Positions 1-12,959 are shown, numbered from the stretch's first letter. The stretch is DNA of 64,000 nt from Azolla caroliniana (GCA_043228905.1 JBHGNT010000001.1:12214001-12278000), one strand, 5' to 3'. Numbers and translations: made by a program. The notes: generated by a model from the sequence alone, not told the origin.

Positions 1-224
1 ATCTGTTCCGACATTTTAAGCCTAGGTGGATCTTCAAAGTTCTTTGCTCCCTTGGGGAGAGGAGAAGTCCGGAAAGGGGAGAATTCATTGCCAGCCAGGA
101 AAAGACCTTGTGATGGGGCCAGTGGTACTATGGCACGGCAAGATCGTGCCAAAGACATTGGTATTACATCTGATGGAAGCACTTCCCTCATCACAGCAAC
201 AGCAGTACCTATCATTTTTCTAAT
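1..224 (-). CDS. PUS1: Pseudouridine synthase exon 8 (partial)
   Basis: ttgcag|ATT AGA AAA ATG; [48 protein letters not shown]. Confidence 0.92.
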   Translation of the reverse strand, partial: MRKMIGTAVAVMREVLPSDVIPMSLARSCRAIVPLAPSQGLFLAGNEFSPFRTSPLPKGAKNFEDPPRLKMSEQ

Positions 225-3200
225 CTGCAAATTACAGCAAGGATCCAAACGAAAAGAGCCTTTTTATGTCATCAAATAAAGTTATTATTATATGATTAAT
301 TAGAAACCATTGTGACACATTAATGCGTGAAAACAGAAATGCAATAAAAACAAAAGCTAAGAAACATGTAGCATTAGCAAAAAGGAAGACTGATTTATCT
401 AGTTGTGGTCATGGATTTTAAAAGCATAGTTACAGCAGGCATGTTTTGGATGATGCCATTTTACTTTATCAATACACCAGTTTCTTTTAAAAGACTGGAT
501 TTTTCTTGAAAAGAAAAAAACTGCAGTACTAGAAGTATCTTTAGACGCCCCTTAATTGCAATCTCATAATAAAGAATGATACTTGAATAATCTGAACAAT
601 GTTTTTAGAAAATCTAGGGTGATCGTCCACCGAAGTACAAATGTGTCATTTCAAGTATTGCAGGCAGGCATCAGAAAAGATTTTCAAGGCTGAAAACATA
701 GAAATCAAACATACACAAGGAACTTCTGAAAATGAGTCCAGCTTTGACTGACGCACCTCTTTATCACAAAAAGAGCAATAAGAACAAGATTGAATAATAT
801 ATAGGGGGTCATAACTGAAAAGAAATACTGAAACTCTCTGTACAACATTGACATCTTGTGCATTATCCGTGACACATCAATTTCATCAAATATAAGCAAA
901 ATAGGTGGCATGATGCATAAAATATAAACCCAAAAAGTGATGAAAATAATAATATGCAGAACGTGAATTTTTGTATATACCTGATGAAGCATAAATGATT
1001 CTCCATGAATAGTCAACCTCAAAAACTGCAAACCCTCATGCATCTGCAGCTCTCCACACTTAAAGGAATAAATATTTCTAAAATGTGCACTGGAAATCTT
1101 ATCTGCCAAATCAACTTGATGAAGCCACCTAAGTTTTGAAGGTCGAGATGAATTATTGATCTTATCATTGATCTGAGATCTGGAAGGAAAAGCGAGTAAT
1201 TCGTTTCCTACTGCTATTGTTGGACACCTGGATTCATCATCGTTTTCTACTGCTATTATTGGGCAACTGGACTCATCATCACTGGAATCCTCCAACAACC
1301 CCTCAGTAATGTCTTTCACTTCTTTGGTACGTTTTGAAAGTACCGTCTTGCTCCGGTATTGTGACCGCATTGTATAATTATGGTAAGGAAACCTCCCCTG
1401 AAAGGATTCAGACAATCATACAGTATTCTGAAAATATGGAATACATGTTTCAATTTTGATTCAATTTACATGAGAGAAAGAATGAGTGATTTAAGGTGCA
1501 TGACAAAAAGAATCTGATCCATACATATTTTGGACCACGGATCTCCTCGATAATGCTCTAATGCATCTAAAAGTAGAAGCAGAAAAGTATATCAAAGCAA
1601 TACTATTGTTCACCTCCTACTTGGGCATTTCTATTTCCTATATGAATAGTAAATGCGTACCTCAAATGAAGATAGAATATCCTGAAATCTACTAATCTTC
1701 TGTTGTATTTCTTCATCATTAGAGTCTAGAGTAATGTCAATTGCTGTAGCAGGTAGAAGATAGTAGTATGTGCGATTGCAACACTCTCTTCTTGGATCAA
1801 AAGATCTGCAAACCCAAAAATGTAGAAATATAGTACCATTCAGAAAGTTTTGAATCCTCCTCAAGATCATTTGGAAGGCATGTTTTTTTTCTGCAATATT
1901 TCAACTAATAGGTGAGTACTTTTTTCCATGAATCTAGGGCATTTTTCCTCATCTTCAGAACACTTAATCAATCAAAATTCTTCAATAAAGAAACATTCTA
2001 ATGCACATGATTATATGGTCATGTTAGTCCAACCTAAATTAATCTAATAACAGAATTGTAGAAAGAGGCAAGCTTAAAACAGTATCATGAACTGCAAATT
2101 AACATAATGTTTCAAGGGAAAGATTATAATTCAAAGCTCATACAGCCATGAATATTTATTTGTAGTAAATGAGGCCAAGACACCATTTTTATGTTGTAAG
2201 GTTAGACACTAAATAGACATGCAATTGGACTCCAGAAATTCTGCAGTCTACATAAGACGAGAGTAAAAGACCAATAAAACAAAAAAATATATAAAATAAA
2301 AAATAGAAACTCCCATCAAGATTGACACTTCAGGTCACCAAAAATATAGAACAGGGAGAAAAAACAGCAATAAGCAGAAGAAGGGGCAAAGAGATCTTAT
2401 TCATTTTTAGAAGACTTAAAACAGGAAATAAGCAGTTAACTAGCCGAGTTCTAAATTTATAAAAAAATCAGGAATTCCTAAAACACAAAACTTGATCCTT
2501 GTAACCAAATTAATATGCTTTATAGTGTATGGGCCAAGTTACAGAGGGCAACCAACTTGTTAACAGGAACAATGCCAAATACTCTTATGGTATTTGGGAG
2601 ATATTGATTTACTTTGTCTGCAAATTTAAGCCCATCCTGGTCACTCGCTGCGGTTTTCTGTTCAAATTCCATCTTGAAAGAAATAACAGTTGATAAAGAG
2701 TGCACCTGAAAAAGTAATCCAAAAGAAACTCAACCCCAAAACAGACGGAACATACACCAAGAAAAACCAAGACATGTTTGCCAGAGAACAACTTCACGTC
2801 ATGAATTGTCAGAACTTCAATCTAAAGATACATACGTTAAACAATGTAGCTAGAACATTCTTCCAACAGCATTTTTCTATCCTTCTTGTAAGTCAATTCT
2901 TCATTGTTTCCTTTTCCTAGACATTATCAGAAAGGATCTAATGAGTTTCGTAGCTTCACACATTCATCATTTTAGAGAAGCAAGAACATTATTAAAGTGA
3001 AAAATGTTCACTAATTGGAAGAACTAGAAGCTAGATAGTTTTCTAGTTAGAAAGCGATTTTGCATTAATTTTTTAGAGCATTTGAAGTCACATTACCCTA
3101 AAAGCTTATCTTCAATTATGATTATTAGAAGGATTAAGTTAATGCAGAATCAGATAGCTATCTTAATGATATCTTGATTAAGATATAATTACTATCATGC

Positions 3201-6200
3201 AATTCTACAACTTTGACAAAGCATATTTCAGTAAATTTGAAAGTAAAGATGCACACTTTCATAATGGTCTATATTGTACGCATATTTGCAGTAATTTCCC
3301 AAAAGTAAATACTGTGCAATAATCTCTTCATGCAAAGCCTGAAATAGTTATCTATGTGATAATAAGTGTTTTCAATACACAAATGTCATTAACTATTGAA
3401 CATTGAACTGCTAATTGGCTGATTTTTGAAATCCTCATATTGACTCTAAAACCTGTAGACATAAAATGAACTATACGTAACATATGTGCATTCGCATTCG
3501 AGAATGATTCAATCAAACATGTATGGTAAATCATCTCAAAGTTGGATTGGATTTATAAGTCAGAGAAAAAAAAAGATTGGAATTTCAAAAAATGACTATG
3601 GTCTATATTATATAATGATTGAATCAAATGTCAACACAATTGAAAGTTCAAACCTTAGGAATTACTTAACTACTAAACATTAGAAAGCACGAACATAAAA
3701 ATCAAATAATTCAAAGACATAATTGTATTGATGATGAGCTCATCTTGCAATTATCGATGTTCTCAGGTATCAATTTCTTCACTTTAGAACTTTACAAAAA
3801 AATGAGTATGAACTATAGAGATTGAATCAAAATATGTCATTATAAATTATAATCAAATGTTCAAAAACTCATAAAACGTATATTCGAGAATATGAAGAAA
3901 ACATGACACTAACATAAAATTTTACTATGACATGACACTAAAGAGAGAGAGGGGGGGGGGAGGTGAGAAAAAATTGGGATTCGAACCCAAGATATAGGCG
4001 ATAGTAGCACAACAACTTACCACTAGGGTGAGCTAATTTCAAATAATAAAAAAGGAAAAACAAAAAAAAAGGAACACGTATTTTTCCCTTTTTAAACGTA
4101 TTCGTTTCCAAACGTTTTCAAACATTTGTATGCTTGCACAAACGCGTTTATTATGTTCTATGCCTGTAGATGGTTACAAAACTTTTTTTTTTGAAGAAAT
4201 GAGCAGCAGAAACAAGTGCAGACAGCACATCAGACCACACAAAGAACTCCTATAATAGTAGTAGAAAGAGAAACCAATGTCTTCCAATCAGGACAATCAA
4301 TTTTGGAGTATTGATGGCATTGAGGTGTGCAAGAAATCTTTGTTTTCCATTCCAAGAGTTTTACCACAGCTAAAGTGTATAGTAGTTGGCAATAATTACA
4401 ACATGAAGAACTAGTATGTAGCTGAAGTAGAAAATGCATTTCTCTAAAGAGGAAGAGAGACAAGTTCAATACCCCTTTATCCGTGCGACTACTGCGCATC
4501 CATTTTATCTTCTCAAGGGAGCCCAAGTTACTTTCAAGAATGCCTCCAGCTTTAAATATTGCAGTCTCCAGCTCTTGTTCAATAGCTATATAAAAGGAAT
4601 GGAATGGTGGGTAATGAGTTATGAATGGAAAATATTTCATAACATCCATCTCTAATATATGAAAATTGATGATTCTAAAGATTATTAAACTTCCCCATTC
4701 AAAATAAATAGTCTTAAACTTTCTGATTCTTTATCTAGCAAAATAGAGTGAGCATTCTTAATACATGCATCCATACCATTGATGGTATCCATTGTCTCAC
4801 CATAGGTAGATATAACTTCTAAGGCACAATGTTGAAGAAACAAGTCATAACTGTAGTAGTTCCATAAGAAGGAACAAAAAGTCTATAAAAATTTGAAATC
4901 GATCAGGTTTCAAGAAGCGGCCAAGTAAAATTGAAAAATTAAGAAAACCCGAGAACACTAGGAAGATCACTTTGATATTGACGTCACAAACAGAAAGCTT
5001 GTGTATGATCACAAATTGCAGAATTTAACATGTGCCTATAAATAAATATCTATTAGAGGCTAAGAGGATTATGATGACCATTCTCTTCCTTTGTTAGGGT
5101 TAATGATTTTTGAGAATTTCATTTAGAGTTATGGATAAACAGAAATTCAATAGGCCACTACAGTTCAAATGGAAGCAGATAAGTCTATCATAGTAGTTAC
5201 AACATCCCTTCAACAGTCCACTTTTATCAAAACATTAGACAGAGTTTATTTGAAGACATGATAATAACACAAAAGGACTTAGGTCTTATATAATGCGTCA
5301 TCTGATATGTGTTTTGTACAGGCAGACACAGTGATGGTATTATGTATACTTTGGTACCTATCTGACTTTTTTCATACAGCAACGTCCGAGGAACAAAGCA
5401 CACAGACTTAGGGGTGGGAAGTTGAAGATAATATATTAAGAATAGACTCCACTTTGAAATGTTAAAATTGACATTATCTGGATTTCAAAAAATCCATAAG
5501 AGGTTATTGGAGAGAAAAAGCGCTGACATAGTAGCAGCTAAACTATATGACAAAAAGAAAATAAAAATATGAAATGAAAAATCACATCCATAACTTTTAG
5601 GGCCTAGCCCAATACATTCTTATTGATGTTATAGTTACCCAACAAGAAGAAACAATGAAAACTCATTAGATATATTGACTAGCGATAGAATAACAAGGAA
5701 TGTGCTTACTCTGTCCAGCTGCCGTTGTTCGCTGAATTTGAAGACCTGATAAAAATAAAGTTCAATATTAAAAACTCATATTATCAGAAATTGTCAATCT
5801 AATTTTGCTTCACATTATCGAACATTCTATAAGATTCACATGGATATAACTTTTAATCTCATAGCTTACATTTGGTCTTTTGAAGATGCTAATATAAAAC
5901 TTGAATGCCATCAAATATACAAAATGCTTTGGAAGAGGAAATGCACATAAATGCAAAGGGAGTTGAAAAAACAGAAAATGAAACTGTGTGCCCTTTTATC
6001 AAAAGAATCACAAGAACCTCTAAGAAATGAAACCACAAGCCTCATAATGCAATCAACCTTAGATCTCTAGATTATATGGAAACATATCTAAAAGCAAAAA
6101 CAATATCTAGTCAAGCAGAAATATTGTCGATGAACCAAGCTATGAAAGCAGATCTACAGAAAGGTAAAAGCAGTGATAAATGCATCTTCACTATATGACA

Positions 6201-7386
6201 ATATCGAGAAGGAAATGCTAACAATGTAGAAAAATAATGCAAAAGCTCAAGTTGAGCATGTTCAAAAAGAAATAGAAGAAAATGCCCCTTTGACAGAGAT
6301 AGTTGAGAAACAAAAATGAGCACTCACATGCAAGTTGGATATGATGAATGAAACAGTGGAAGAAGCCAAAAGGAAAACTCATGCCCTACATGTACAAGTT
6401 GTTGAATGAGCTGAAAATGAAGCCCACAAAAAAATGCCATGGATCTCAGAACAAGGATCGGGATATCAGATTTCCAATTACTTTACATGGTGGTGGGAAG
6501 AGATGAGTCTCGATCAGAGGCTTTAATTCATCCATTTCATGGATATGGAAAAGAAAAAAATATCCATGGATCAATCCATGGTCGACATCTTCCAAGGGCA
6601 AAAGCTTCAGTTCATCTAACCTCGGGAGGTTACATATAGTTAACGAATCTGACACCTTAGATACTTTAACAAATGTAGTTACATTTATTTTGGGTTATTT
6701 TCAAATATGAGATTGCATTTTAAGATGTAAGCTCTCGTTCAGTATCATTGGCCAATTCAGCTTCTAAAAACATGTTAACATATCTTTCTTTCTTGTATGC
6801 ATCTTATGCCCTTCTTTGACAACTCAGTGAAAATGATCATGATGAAATACCTTTAAAGTGGGTGCCGACATAACCGATCCACATAGCCACCTTCCTTTTG
6901 ATGGTCTTGCTACATTCAGTCGACATCTCGCCTTCAACATGAGGTCGTGTCGTTGTGAAAGAAGTACATGTAATCCTTTTGAAAGCAGCACCACCATCCC
7001 TATTGCACTCCTTTCTCCTCTTCCATACAGAGAACCAACATTGTGGGGCAAAAAAAGATATCGATTGTTGTTTCAATACATTGTCTACCCCTGTTCAGGA
7101 AAAGACATAAAAATTATAATAAACCACAAAAACAAGGATCATCATAGTACAGAACAAAAACAAATATATACAAAATAAAAGAAATAAAACCAAAAAATGA
7201 AACAAAGAAATACAATAAAGCCAGAAAAACAGGAAAGATAATATAAACATTATCAGTGTTTTTGTTCATTCACCTAACTTTTTCCAATGCAGAGCTGAAT
7301 TCTGTGATGAAAATACTGAAGTAAGTTGCAAAGCTTGGTACTCTCATGCACAACTCACCTCGAGCGAAGGCCAGTTGAATATCCAT
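1..7386 (-). CDS. PUS1: tRNA pseudouridine synthase, TruA/Pus1 family (spliced gene; 3' end runs off the window start)
   Basis: Eight GT-AG, phase-consistent exons: 7386-7359, 7090-6851, 5745-5710, 4585-4473, 2705-2557, 1805-1661, 1397-981, 224-<1. The joined translation contains [21 protein letters not shown], catalytic [43 protein letters not shown] and [10 protein letters not shown], all TruA/Pus1 motifs. The N-terminal ~70 aa may be an organellar transit peptide (inference). Confidence 0.93.
981..1397 (-). CDS. PUS1: Pseudouridine synthase exon 7
   Basis: tttcag|GGG..CAG|gtatat, 417 nt; GRFPYHNYT...[12 protein letters not shown]. Confidence 0.92.
1661..1805 (-). CDS. PUS1: Pseudouridine synthase exon 6
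   Basis: ttgcag|A TCT TTT GAT..GAG|gtacgc; [18 protein letters not shown]. Confidence 0.92.
2557..2705 (-). CDS. PUS1: Pseudouridine synthase exon 5
   Basis: ttcag|GTG CAC TCT..AAC AA|gttggt; [13 protein letters not shown]...[17 protein letters not shown]. Confidence 0.92.
3976..4035 (-). repeat. tRNA-derived A/B-box motif in PUS intron (SINE/MITE-like relic)
   Basis: Minus strand TAGCTCACCCTAGTGGTAAG...GGGTTCGAATCCC; perfect B box, no acceptor stem. Confidence 0.45.
4473..4585 (-). CDS. PUS1: Pseudouridine synthase exon 4 (catalytic Asp motif)
   Basis: tatag|CT ATT GAA..GGG|gtattg; [15 protein letters not shown]...[10 protein letters not shown]. Confidence 0.93.
5710..5745 (-). CDS. PUS1: Pseudouridine synthase exon 3 (36-nt micro-exon)
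   Basis: atcag|GT CTT CAA ATT CAG..CAG A|gtaagc; supplies GLQIQ; phases match both neighbours. Confidence 0.88.
6851..7090 (-). CDS. PUS1: Pseudouridine synthase exon 2
   Basis: aacag|GG GTA..AAA G|gtattt; ends [16 protein letters not shown]. Confidence 0.85.
7359..7386 (-). CDS. PUS1: Pseudouridine synthase putative exon 1 (start codon)
   Basis: gccATGG context; MDIQLAFAR then G|gtgagt donor, in phase with the 7090 acceptor. Confidence 0.6.
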
Positions 7387-7729
7387 GGCTACCTCAACTT
7401 TGAGTAGAATGACATTGACACCCATCAGCAAGCATTCTTTCTTTGGGCCACTCCTCTTACTTCAAGCCTCAAGGGGTTGTGGGGGGATTTGGGATGGGCA
7501 GGATCCCCACTTGGTCTTTCTTCTTTTTGGGGCGGGTCGCCCATTAGGCTGCCTATGACCGACCACACACGCACACCACTCTTCGGCCCAAATCCCGACC
7601 TTCTGAGCCTACTCACTATTTTTTGACATCCCCACGTTTGTCCCCCTTAATGTCCTAAGATTAAAGGCGAACCCGGGTTTGATCCCCCCTCCATGGGCTT
7701 CACCCCATCCCATTGATCGCAATCGATTT

Positions 7730-9700
7730 CCCATGGACATTCACAACATATATGCAATATGTTTATCTCTTCCTTTTCTTGGCAAAAAACACATGATTAT
7801 AGTGATAAATGTGTGTGAAAAACACTACAATAGTTCTCATTCCAAGGGTAGTGCACACATGTTGAATCGCCAATAGGCACGACGAACACTCCACCATGGA
7901 AAGAATTTTGGCTTGCTCCAATGAACAAAATTGCACATCAATACTCCCTTCAACTTTCGGACATGCTCTAATTCCATGTCTACCATTAAATACAAAAGCA
8001 TCCCATGTTTCCCAACTTTAATGCATTAATCCCCATATATCTCAAAAGAAAGGAAATGATCTCCATCTTTGATCTTGAGACGAGTTTGTATGAAATGTGC
8101 AAACACCCATTGTCGTGTTTCAAATAACAATGCGATGAATGATCTTAAGGTTTCATAAAGTTGTATCCCATGCCTTTACTCCCCCAAAATTTGCTCCATG
8201 AGAGAACCAACTTAGTGAGGTTAAAGTAAAAAAGAAGAGTTAAAGCATAATGGAGGATTTCCAAGTAATGATTTAAACATGTTAATTGAACGATTGCAAG
8301 TCTCCAAACAAATAGGGAAGTGGTCTCAGGATCTCATTCTTGTGGAACTATCATACAAAATGATATTGGTAAAATGATGCATAGTTCACTCCATGCCTAT
8401 CTATGTCATACAAATTGGAAGGTAAAACCTAGATCATTCCCATGCAACCATGTACATATGTCCAACTTAAGAACCTCCACAACCAATAAAATCCAAGTAG
8501 TTAGCTTGAGATCATCCATGATTGAATCCCACAAAATTAATCTCGTACCTAAATAATGATTATTAAGACGTTTTGCATAAATTGTTGAATATCCACATGA
8601 ATGAATTGTGGACCCTACTAATTCATGACACTTATGCTCAACCACACAAAATATATCCCATTCTCTACGTAAGAAAGTTTCCCATACTTCATACTTCTTA
8701 TGAGGAAAACATGACATGAAACTAGTTAAAGTGTGCTCCAATGTTACATATGGGTTTTCATGCACCATCAACCTAGGGAGTCAACAAAAACCTTCTCTTT
8801 AGGTCCTCTAGCCTAGTGAAAACCTTGAGGGTTCGATGGATTCACAACCAATCCCAATGAGTTGAGTTGAAGTTGGAGTAAAATCCTTTATCTCTAAATT
8901 TTTGTGGCCAAGGAGCTTTCCAATGCCATTCCATTGAATTCCATGCCAAATAGTATCACAAATAGTGGGCAAAATATTACAATGCATATTCGTTGATTTC
9001 TCCTTCAACTTGAGTTTTACATGATGTTCATCTTTATAAACAACAAGATCAATCTTAGGCCTACTTGGTTTCTTCCCTTTATTTGTAAGTACTAGCCTTT
9101 GATTAGCGTATCTACAATTTGATTTCCCTTATTCTTAGGCCCAAAACTTTGAAGTGGGACATCTTTGTCACATGCACCAAATGATGTTCCTTCATCTATA
9201 ACAACCATAATGTATGACATACCAAAATCTCTCCAAGCTCTTTCCTTACCACTCCCTTCATTATGAACCTCCATGGTCAAAGGACAATGATGTTGCAATT
9301 CCGCCATAAAAGTGGTCCCATCACCACATCCAAAGCAATGACATGCAAATCTCTCCCACTGCAATTTAAAACTAATTCTTTTTTCACGCTAGGTGTGTTC
9401 ATAAATATCCATCCTGAGGTCTTGCAATGTGTATCCCATAACACACAAAATGTGCACTTGTTTGTAACATTTTCATGTGGGGATACCAACACTTTGCCCA
9501 TTTGACTCATCAACTCTAGTAAAAGGAGTCATAAAAATTTAGGTTTAAAATCCATTATCACCCAAATGAGACATTCCTATTTCAACAAAGTGTGATAGTC
9601 CACTATGGGGAACCATTGCATTACATGCACCAACCATTTGTCAAAGAACATGGAAAGTTTATCCAACAATGCACTTCGATGTTCACTGGAATGGAACGCG
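7730..9700 (-). mobile_element. Degenerate, internally deleted LINE (L1-like non-LTR retrotransposon) remnant
   Basis: Minus-strand order: ORF1-like MFFDKWLVHVMQWFP and eroded zinc knuckle CFGCG..FMAE (~9300-9660); endonuclease-like WDIFCVVEHK (~8640); C-terminal CVFCQEKEEINILHICCECPW zinc finger (7730-7795). Many stops; RT core not recognisable. Confidence 0.6.
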
Positions 9701-11675
9701 ATGTGTTTGGCCCCTACTTCCTCATCTTGATTAGGACATTCCCGTAAGGACCTAATCCTCATGTTAATGAAACTGATATGTTCATCGTCTTTCTCCAGTG
9801 CAACCGTATTGCGAAAAAGCTTCAAAGCACATGCTGGCGTAGAACCTATCATGAAAATATATTAATAATTGCTTTAAACAAGTTACAAGGTTATTTTAAT
9901 TGTGTAAACCATAGTATACATTACATAAAACTTTACCAGTGCATGAGAATAAATCCAATATACAATCTCCTTCATTGGAGAACATTTCTAAAAGGCGCAT
10001 AATGAATTGTTGAGGCTTCTAATATGGGTTGACAAGACCACATTCAGTTGTGGTCACGTATCGTAATTTTCGTGTAACAGCTAGATACACCAACATATTC
10101 GAACCTCAGACCTCATTTGAATGCTCCTTGATTCGTTGTTTTTTAATCTCATCAAAATATCTTACAATTATATATTCGATCGCATTCACAAATCTAAATG
10201 TTGGTCCTCTATTTACATTGGTTTTTATCCTGCACATGAGAACGAAATAACCAGGAGACACATGATTCAAATGTCAAGCATGAATCAACCTTTTACAAAA
10301 TATAAATTCAAGTAGTCGACATGTATCCATACCATGCTAGGTTCTCGATGCCATGACAATGAGATCTCAAACGCTTCTGCAACAAAGTAGACTTGGTCCA
10401 TACTATGAAAAATAATAATTCTCCACAAGGACTCTATCGTCATTTCTGCAAAATCCTTCACCATTTTCTCTAGTTGCTTGAATATGAAAGGTTCCTCATT
10501 GTATGTTGATCCTACCATTTGAAAACCATATGGTATGTCGGCAATCAACAATGTGTAGTCTTTTCTTGGCAATTTCTTCTTCATGTCGGCCATATCAACA
10601 CAATATACATTGTAATATAAATCGTGTGTCATGTCTTTCTTGAGGCTAAAATTTTTAAAGGTCCCATCATCATTCACATCGTATGATTTTACTAAGCGAT
10701 GATCCTTTTCCTTCTTGGCCCTTTCGAGGTGAGCAAGAAACGATGTTGGGAAGTCATGGATGTCTTTTGCTTCTCCCGGTTTCTTGCGTCGACATGGTTT
10801 CTAATGCGCAAAGGAGATAGAATTAAAAGAGTTAGATAGAGAAATATAATACAATTCCCATATGCAAATAAGGAGAGAGATACTAACCCAATCCTTGAAT
10901 GTGATAAAGCATTCTGATAACACCTCATTTCAGTTTTGTCAACATATATTCTTCAGTCACTTGGTCCCATGTCAAGCAACCTAGTTGCTTTATCATAATT
11001 TCGTGGATTTTCATGTAGACCTTATGATTGTCAAAACATATTTACACATTAGAACACATTTGAAATCCTTATCATATAATACATTTTAAGAAAATAAATG
11101 TAAAGACTTACTTGTTGAACTCTATCACCATCTCCTCAAGGCTCAATTCTTTGGCCACGACTCTCGACAAAACTGAAATGAGAAGTTGCTCATCTTTAAT
11201 CCCTTGCATCACTCGCTAGAGAGACAACTTCATATCGTTAGTTGCTTCTTCAATTGTTAGATCGATTTTTTTTGCCGTCGTGGACTTTAACTCTAACAGT
11301 GTGTCGACTTTAGACTTCTTTTGTCTTTGACCCTTGACTTTCTTGTTCTCCCACATTGTAAATATTTGTTCATGTAAGTCCCAAACTTCATCATCCCTAA
11401 AGGCAAGTTGGATCCAATATTCATATTTGTGGATACCATCCGACTTCACTACGTCATCGACCACTATCCCAACTTCATGTAAACATTGACGTCATAGTGC
11501 TGGGTATAGCTTAATGCCAGTTTTTTGCTTGACGTCCAAGTATTCGCGGTGGAAAAATCGAATCCGCTCTATAGAAGACATCTTCTGCCTATAGTCGTCG
11601 TCATTATTGTGATCCCATGCCAATAGTTTAGCCTCCTAAATGGTTAACCCGATGTAAATCTTGCACTCAACATAC
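9700..11675 (-). pseudogene. Intron-containing beta-class DNA amino-(N6-adenine/N4-cytosine) methyltransferase with ParB-like N-terminal region, pseudogene
   Basis: Exons ~11675-11112, ~11027-10888, 10800-10333, 10229-9937, 9845-~9700. Spliced reading: LLIADIPYG (motif IV, 10525-10551); GIENLAW|IKTN; VNPY*KPQQFIMRLLEMFSNEGDCILDLFSCT|GSTPACALKLFRNTVALEKDDEHISFINMRI (motif I-III region of the N6_N4_Mtase family). Five in-frame stops, two frameshifts and one eroded acceptor. Confidence 0.85.
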
Positions 11676-12959
11676 TCATCTTTGCCACTGGGGCAAAGGT
11701 CTCTTTGTAATCAACACTGTGCGTTTGCGCGTAGCCCTTTGTCACAAGCCGGGCCTTGTACCGATTGACAGTGCCGTTGGTGTTGTGCTTCACTTTGAAG
11801 ATCCACCGACATCCAATTGCCTTTTAGTGGTGTGACAAAGGGACGAGATCCCATGTCTCGTTCTTGGAGGGTGCTTGCATCCCCTCATTCATCGCTTCGA
11901 CCCATCTAAGGTCCTTCGTGGCTTTGGAAAAGGTTTCCGGTTCACGGACTTTTGTTACCTTCATCATGAATGCATAATGATATGCCATGTAGTCGTTGTA
12001 GCCGAATAGACAGACTACGTTCTTCTTTCAGGTGGAGCGATGGTTCTCCTGGTGTCCTCATGATGGACACAACCAGTCCACCATGCTCACTGTCAGGTGA
12101 ATGGTCCGATTCGATTTCATCTGAGTCTTCATACTCAGGCATTTTGGCCTTTTCCTTGGCTTGTTTTGGATTCGGCCGCGACATGCTTTGGTTTCTTGGA
12201 GGCTCTTGTGGTTCACTCAACCTGGTTGAGATTGGACTTTCCTTTGATGTGAGCCTCTGTCGATAATCCTCATCTACATCTTTGTCGAACTCGGTTTCGA
12301 CTGTGTCAGATGGGACTAATTCGACTGTATACCAGGATGCCGACTCGTCAAATACGACATCCCTACTCACTCGTACCTTCTTGGTGGAAGGGTTGAAGCA
12401 CTTATACCCTTTTTTCTCGAGTGAGTACCCTACGAGTATACATTTCTCCGATTTGGGATCGAGCTTCTGCTGCTTCTTGTTGGGAATATGTACATATGTT
12501 ATTGAACAGAATATTCTAACGTGGGATAGATCTGGTTTCTTCTCATAGAAACTCTCGTGGTGGGTAACATCGAACACTCCTGATGTTGTGTAGTGATTAA
12601 TCAGATAGACGGCCGTATTCGTCGCTTCAACCCAATATGTCTTTGGCAGATTTTTGTCGTTCATCATTGCCCTTGCCACCTTGAGGATGTGTTGGTTCTT
12701 GCATTTGGCTACTCCATTCTGCTGAGGTGTGTGTTGGTAGGTAAACTCCCGCTGGATTCCTTCTTGTCGAAGGTATGTTGTAAAGGCGTCGGAGAAGTAC
12801 TCTTTGTCGCCGTCCAATCGAAGCATCGGACATGCCAACCGGTTGATTTTTTTACTTTGTTTTTGAACTTTTGGAAGTGTCCAAACACTTCGATCTTCTT
12901 CTGCATAGGGTAGATCTAGGTGTTCTTGGAGAAGTCATCGATGAATGTCACGTAGTATT
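11676..12959 (-). mobile_element. Ty1/copia internal fragment A (integrase to start of RT), no LTRs
   Basis: KYYVTFIDDFS, TPQQNGVA, KLDPKSEKCILVGYS, SRDVVFDE, YKARLVTKGYAQ..FAPVAKM. Truncated against the MTase at ~11675 and cut by element B at 12960. Confidence 0.9.

Noticed and set aside
705-1415. 236-aa stand-alone ORF
   Set aside because: It is PUS exon 7 reading through into AT-rich intron; the hydrophobic tail lies after the GT donor at 980.
3450-4170. MITE in the PUS intron with CAGGCATAGAAC-like TIRs
   Set aside because: The left TIR is too degenerate and no TSD was found.
7274-7315. Extra PUS exon between exons 1 and 2
   Set aside because: It is in phase but would need a 43-nt intron; the direct 7359-to-7090 splice is simpler.
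9577-9852. Single 91-aa gene
   Set aside because: A chimera of the last MTase exon and LINE ORF1-like sequence joined near 9700.
9700-11675. Bacterial contamination as the source of the MTase
   Set aside because: Spliceosomal introns, plant-style C>T decay and contiguity with plant retroelements.
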